Position numbers and translations under genes: made by a program
In this document: positions 61,281-64,000 of the stretch, piece after piece
How positions within the stretch are numbered: the stretch's first letter is position 1
Layout: each line of letters starts with the position of its first letter
The notes under the pieces: model-generated
Seen by the model: the letters and a program-made list of their open reading frames with translations, nothing else
What the model was told of the DNA's origin: nothing
The model's database searches: none
NCBI GenBank assembly: GCA_013239625.1
Contig: MU053482.1
Coordinates: 1,649,168 to 1,713,167, forward strand
Direction of reading: 5' to 3'
DNA: 64,000 nucleotides
DNA from: Lama guanicoe
Lineage: Eukaryota

Positions 61281-64000
61281 GGGAGTGAACTGTGCTGAGC
61301 CCCCTCCTAGGCCCAGCACACAGGGTCACACACTAGTATATCCGTGTGCACACATACACCCATACATCCGCAGGCATGCACCCACAGACCATAAAATGCT
61401 CCTGCTGGTCGGTTCCTACACTCAGAGCGTGAATTCCTGGAGACAGTCATTCCGAACCCAAACCACAGGCTGCTTGTTATACATGCACCGTGTATCACTA
61501 CACACACACACACTGATTCTCAGGCTTACACAGATGCACTCCTATCTGTGCACATACACAAACTATTTGGAGGATACCTGCCACCTACTACTCCCACACA
61601 AGTACTACTCATGTGTTTCAGAGACTGAGAAATCCACTTGCTAACTGGGTTACACCTGGACACATACCAACTCACAGTACATGAGAATTGCCTTTGCATG
61701 CACAAGAGCACCTACGAACCCAGGCACGCTCTGGGAAGCACAGCCACCCTGTGTTCCCTGACGCTGTGGTCTGTCCCAAAGACAGCTGGGCTTTCCCCTG
61801 AGCAGAGATTGAAATGGGGGAGAGGTCTCTGGAGCTTTGCACAGGTGCAGGCCCTTCCCCATCCGCTCAACTCTATTCTCTCTATTACCACTGGAAAAGA
61901 GCTCATCGCCATGGCAGCGCCAGATTCTTGGCCACCTATTGGCTCTTTGGTTGCCATGGGCTACGGGGCTATCTCCAGGCCTCCCGTGAGAAGCCTGTGT
62001 GTAAAAGGGGTGCCCCACTGCAAGGGTCCACTATGTTCTTGCCTACCCAGATGCACATGCCTGTGGCTGGTAGGCACAGAACCTCTGGACCTGCCTGGTA
62101 ACACAGCCTGCTCTCAACGGGACCTGATTCCAGGCACTGATAGAAAATAATTCTGACAGAGCTCTTCTATGAGTCTGTCCAGACAGCATCCAAAATGGAA
62201 ACCAGCTGAAACCGCCTGAGGCTTGTTAAAAGCAGGTCTTTCTGCAAACAAGCACCTGTCACTGGCCTGGGGATTCAAGGTTTCTCTTAAGAATTGTTGT
62301 CTGTAATCTCAGCTCCTTTGGGGCTTCAGGGCTTCCTAGGTAGGATTTGTGGGTGTCCCCCCACCGATACACACACGTGCACCCATGGTTTTCTGCAGAC
62401 ATGTGTAGTCACACCTCAGAGTCTCATAGACAGGAGAGGACTGTCACCCTGCACAGGCATCCTGGCGTGGGGGCACAAGTAGTTCCTGGAGCATTGTGGC
62501 TTTCTTGACACATGTGGGCTCAGGACTTCTGAAAGACAGCACAACCACACAAAGTTTCCTTAACCTTTTCTAACCATCCAGCAGAAGTACCTGGGCAGCG
62601 CCTGTGGGCGGAGAGGCCTCACATGCTGTGGAAGTACCTGAATGGGGGTGCTGATGGCAGGGTGGGGAGCACAAACTTAGGAGAAGGAAGGGGGCAGCGC
62701 TTGGGGCCGTGGACATGATGGTGTGTTTAGGATCTGGCTGGGGGCCAGGCCAGGTCATGATTCAAGGAAGCCTCTCCCAGGAGGCAAGGACCAAGGCAAC
62801 TTGTAGAGTGAGCACACAGGTTTCAGAGAAGGCCTGCCTCAAAGTGGGGAGGCTTAACCTGCCTCTGGGAAAGGGGGCCCTGGAAAATGGCTCTGTCCTC
62901 CAGCAAGTGCCCAGGCCTGGCCACTCCAGCCCCTCATTCCTTCCTTGGGCCCACACACTCCACCTGGAGCACCGAGTCCTGCCACCCTGAAGCCTAGCCC
63001 CAAGCAATAGCTTGGCACTCTTGCGGCTCTACCCTGTTCACTGTCCCATTGCTCTGCCACCCCTGCCTTCTTGGTCTGGGGCAGGGAGGGTATAGCAGGG
63101 GGCAGGCTGTAGTCAGAAGTTGCCAGACTCTCTCCTGCATTCCTGGGGTTTTTCTGAGCCTGGGAAAGTGCTGGACTTGGGTGTAGACTTCCAGAAGAGG
63201 AAGATTTGGCTGAGAGGAGGAGCTGCAAATTGCCTCTTGCACTAACGAGGCTGCTGATTGCAGTCAAAGCCACATGCCTGCTTGATCACCGAGAAAACTG
63301 GGGCAGGAGACGGCAAGGCAGTGCACTTACAGATGAGAGGATGAGCGCGTGCGCACGTGGCTGTGGTGTGGGGTTCCCTCATGTCACAGCATGTCAGAAC
63401 TGGAATGTGTCATGTGGTTTGGGGACGAGAGGTCAGTCGATACCTTGTTAGCTCTCCTGATGGAGGTTCTGCTCCCTCTGCAGTGGTTGCACCTGCGTTC
63501 TCTGGGCCTGGCTCCTTTTCTTTGAAGCAGTGATGGTGATAATCTTCTTACGGATAATTGTGACTCAGTTTATAATCATGGATTAATCTCACCTTCTGAC
63601 TTAGAAGGGAACCATTTAGTTTATAAAGTGTAACAATTAGAATAACTTTGCCTTTTTTCTGTTATTATTACTGATCATTTCTATTTCTGCCATTCTTATC
63701 ACCTGTGTTCTTGAGGCACAGTAACTGATTCTGGTTCATGACTTGATAACGTTTTATGAGTTGTAGGTGGGGTGCAGAGAGTCAGGTGTATTGAGGGTGG
63801 GAGTGATGGCCGGCCCTGTCCTGGGTGCTCGGTCTGCATGGTCCTGCGACCATTGCCTGGTGTCTCCCTCACCGGGCAGTGAACTCCTGGAGAGCAGGAG
63901 AGTGCCTGGCGTGACCCAGCATAGACAGGATGCCCACTGCTTTGAATCAGAGTGGCATCCCCAGGTAGCTTTTAGGACTACTGGCTTTCCTGGCCCCACA

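Larger units (their letters stand above)
2333..64000 (+). other. TUB: TUB (Tubby bipartite transcription factor) gene, 5' region: alternative first exons and intron 1; common exons lie beyond the window
   Basis: Three separate exons encode peptides matching recalled TUB N-termini (MEGVSSHRTLSYSRWSYD; GSQHSKQHRKPGPLKRGHRRDR/RTTRRKYWKEGREIAR; MTSKPHSDWIPY). All are on + strand with GT donors in phase 2. Confidence 0.93.

Noticed and set aside
1..64000. Prokaryotic systems (CRISPR, operons, defence islands)
   Set aside because: The sequence is mammalian intronic DNA, with no repeat-spacer arrays or dense ORF organisation.

Overview
Mammalian genomic DNA, very likely camelid (two tRNA-derived SINEs resembling the camelid Vic-1 family). 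The window holds the 5' part of the TUB (Tubby) gene on the + strand. Three alternative coding first exons are visible: MEGVSSHRTLSYSRWSYD at 2333-2388, a two-exon leader at 24092-24159 plus 24708-24755, and the canonical MTSKPHSDWIPY at 60876-60913. All end in splice phase 2, so each can join the shared exon 2 (VLDDE...), which lies beyond the window. The rest is intron: CpG islands, a TAF12 processed pseudogene with poly(A) and target-site duplication, and L1, L2, MIR, LTR and hAT remnants. Main observation: the ATG corresponding to the human long-isoform start (24003) is out of frame here. The only in-frame start is then 24092, giving MGSQHSK..., an N-myristoylation-like motif followed by a polybasic tract, overlapped by a strong-Kozak uORF. 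Gene and repeat-family names come from recalled sequences, not from a database search.
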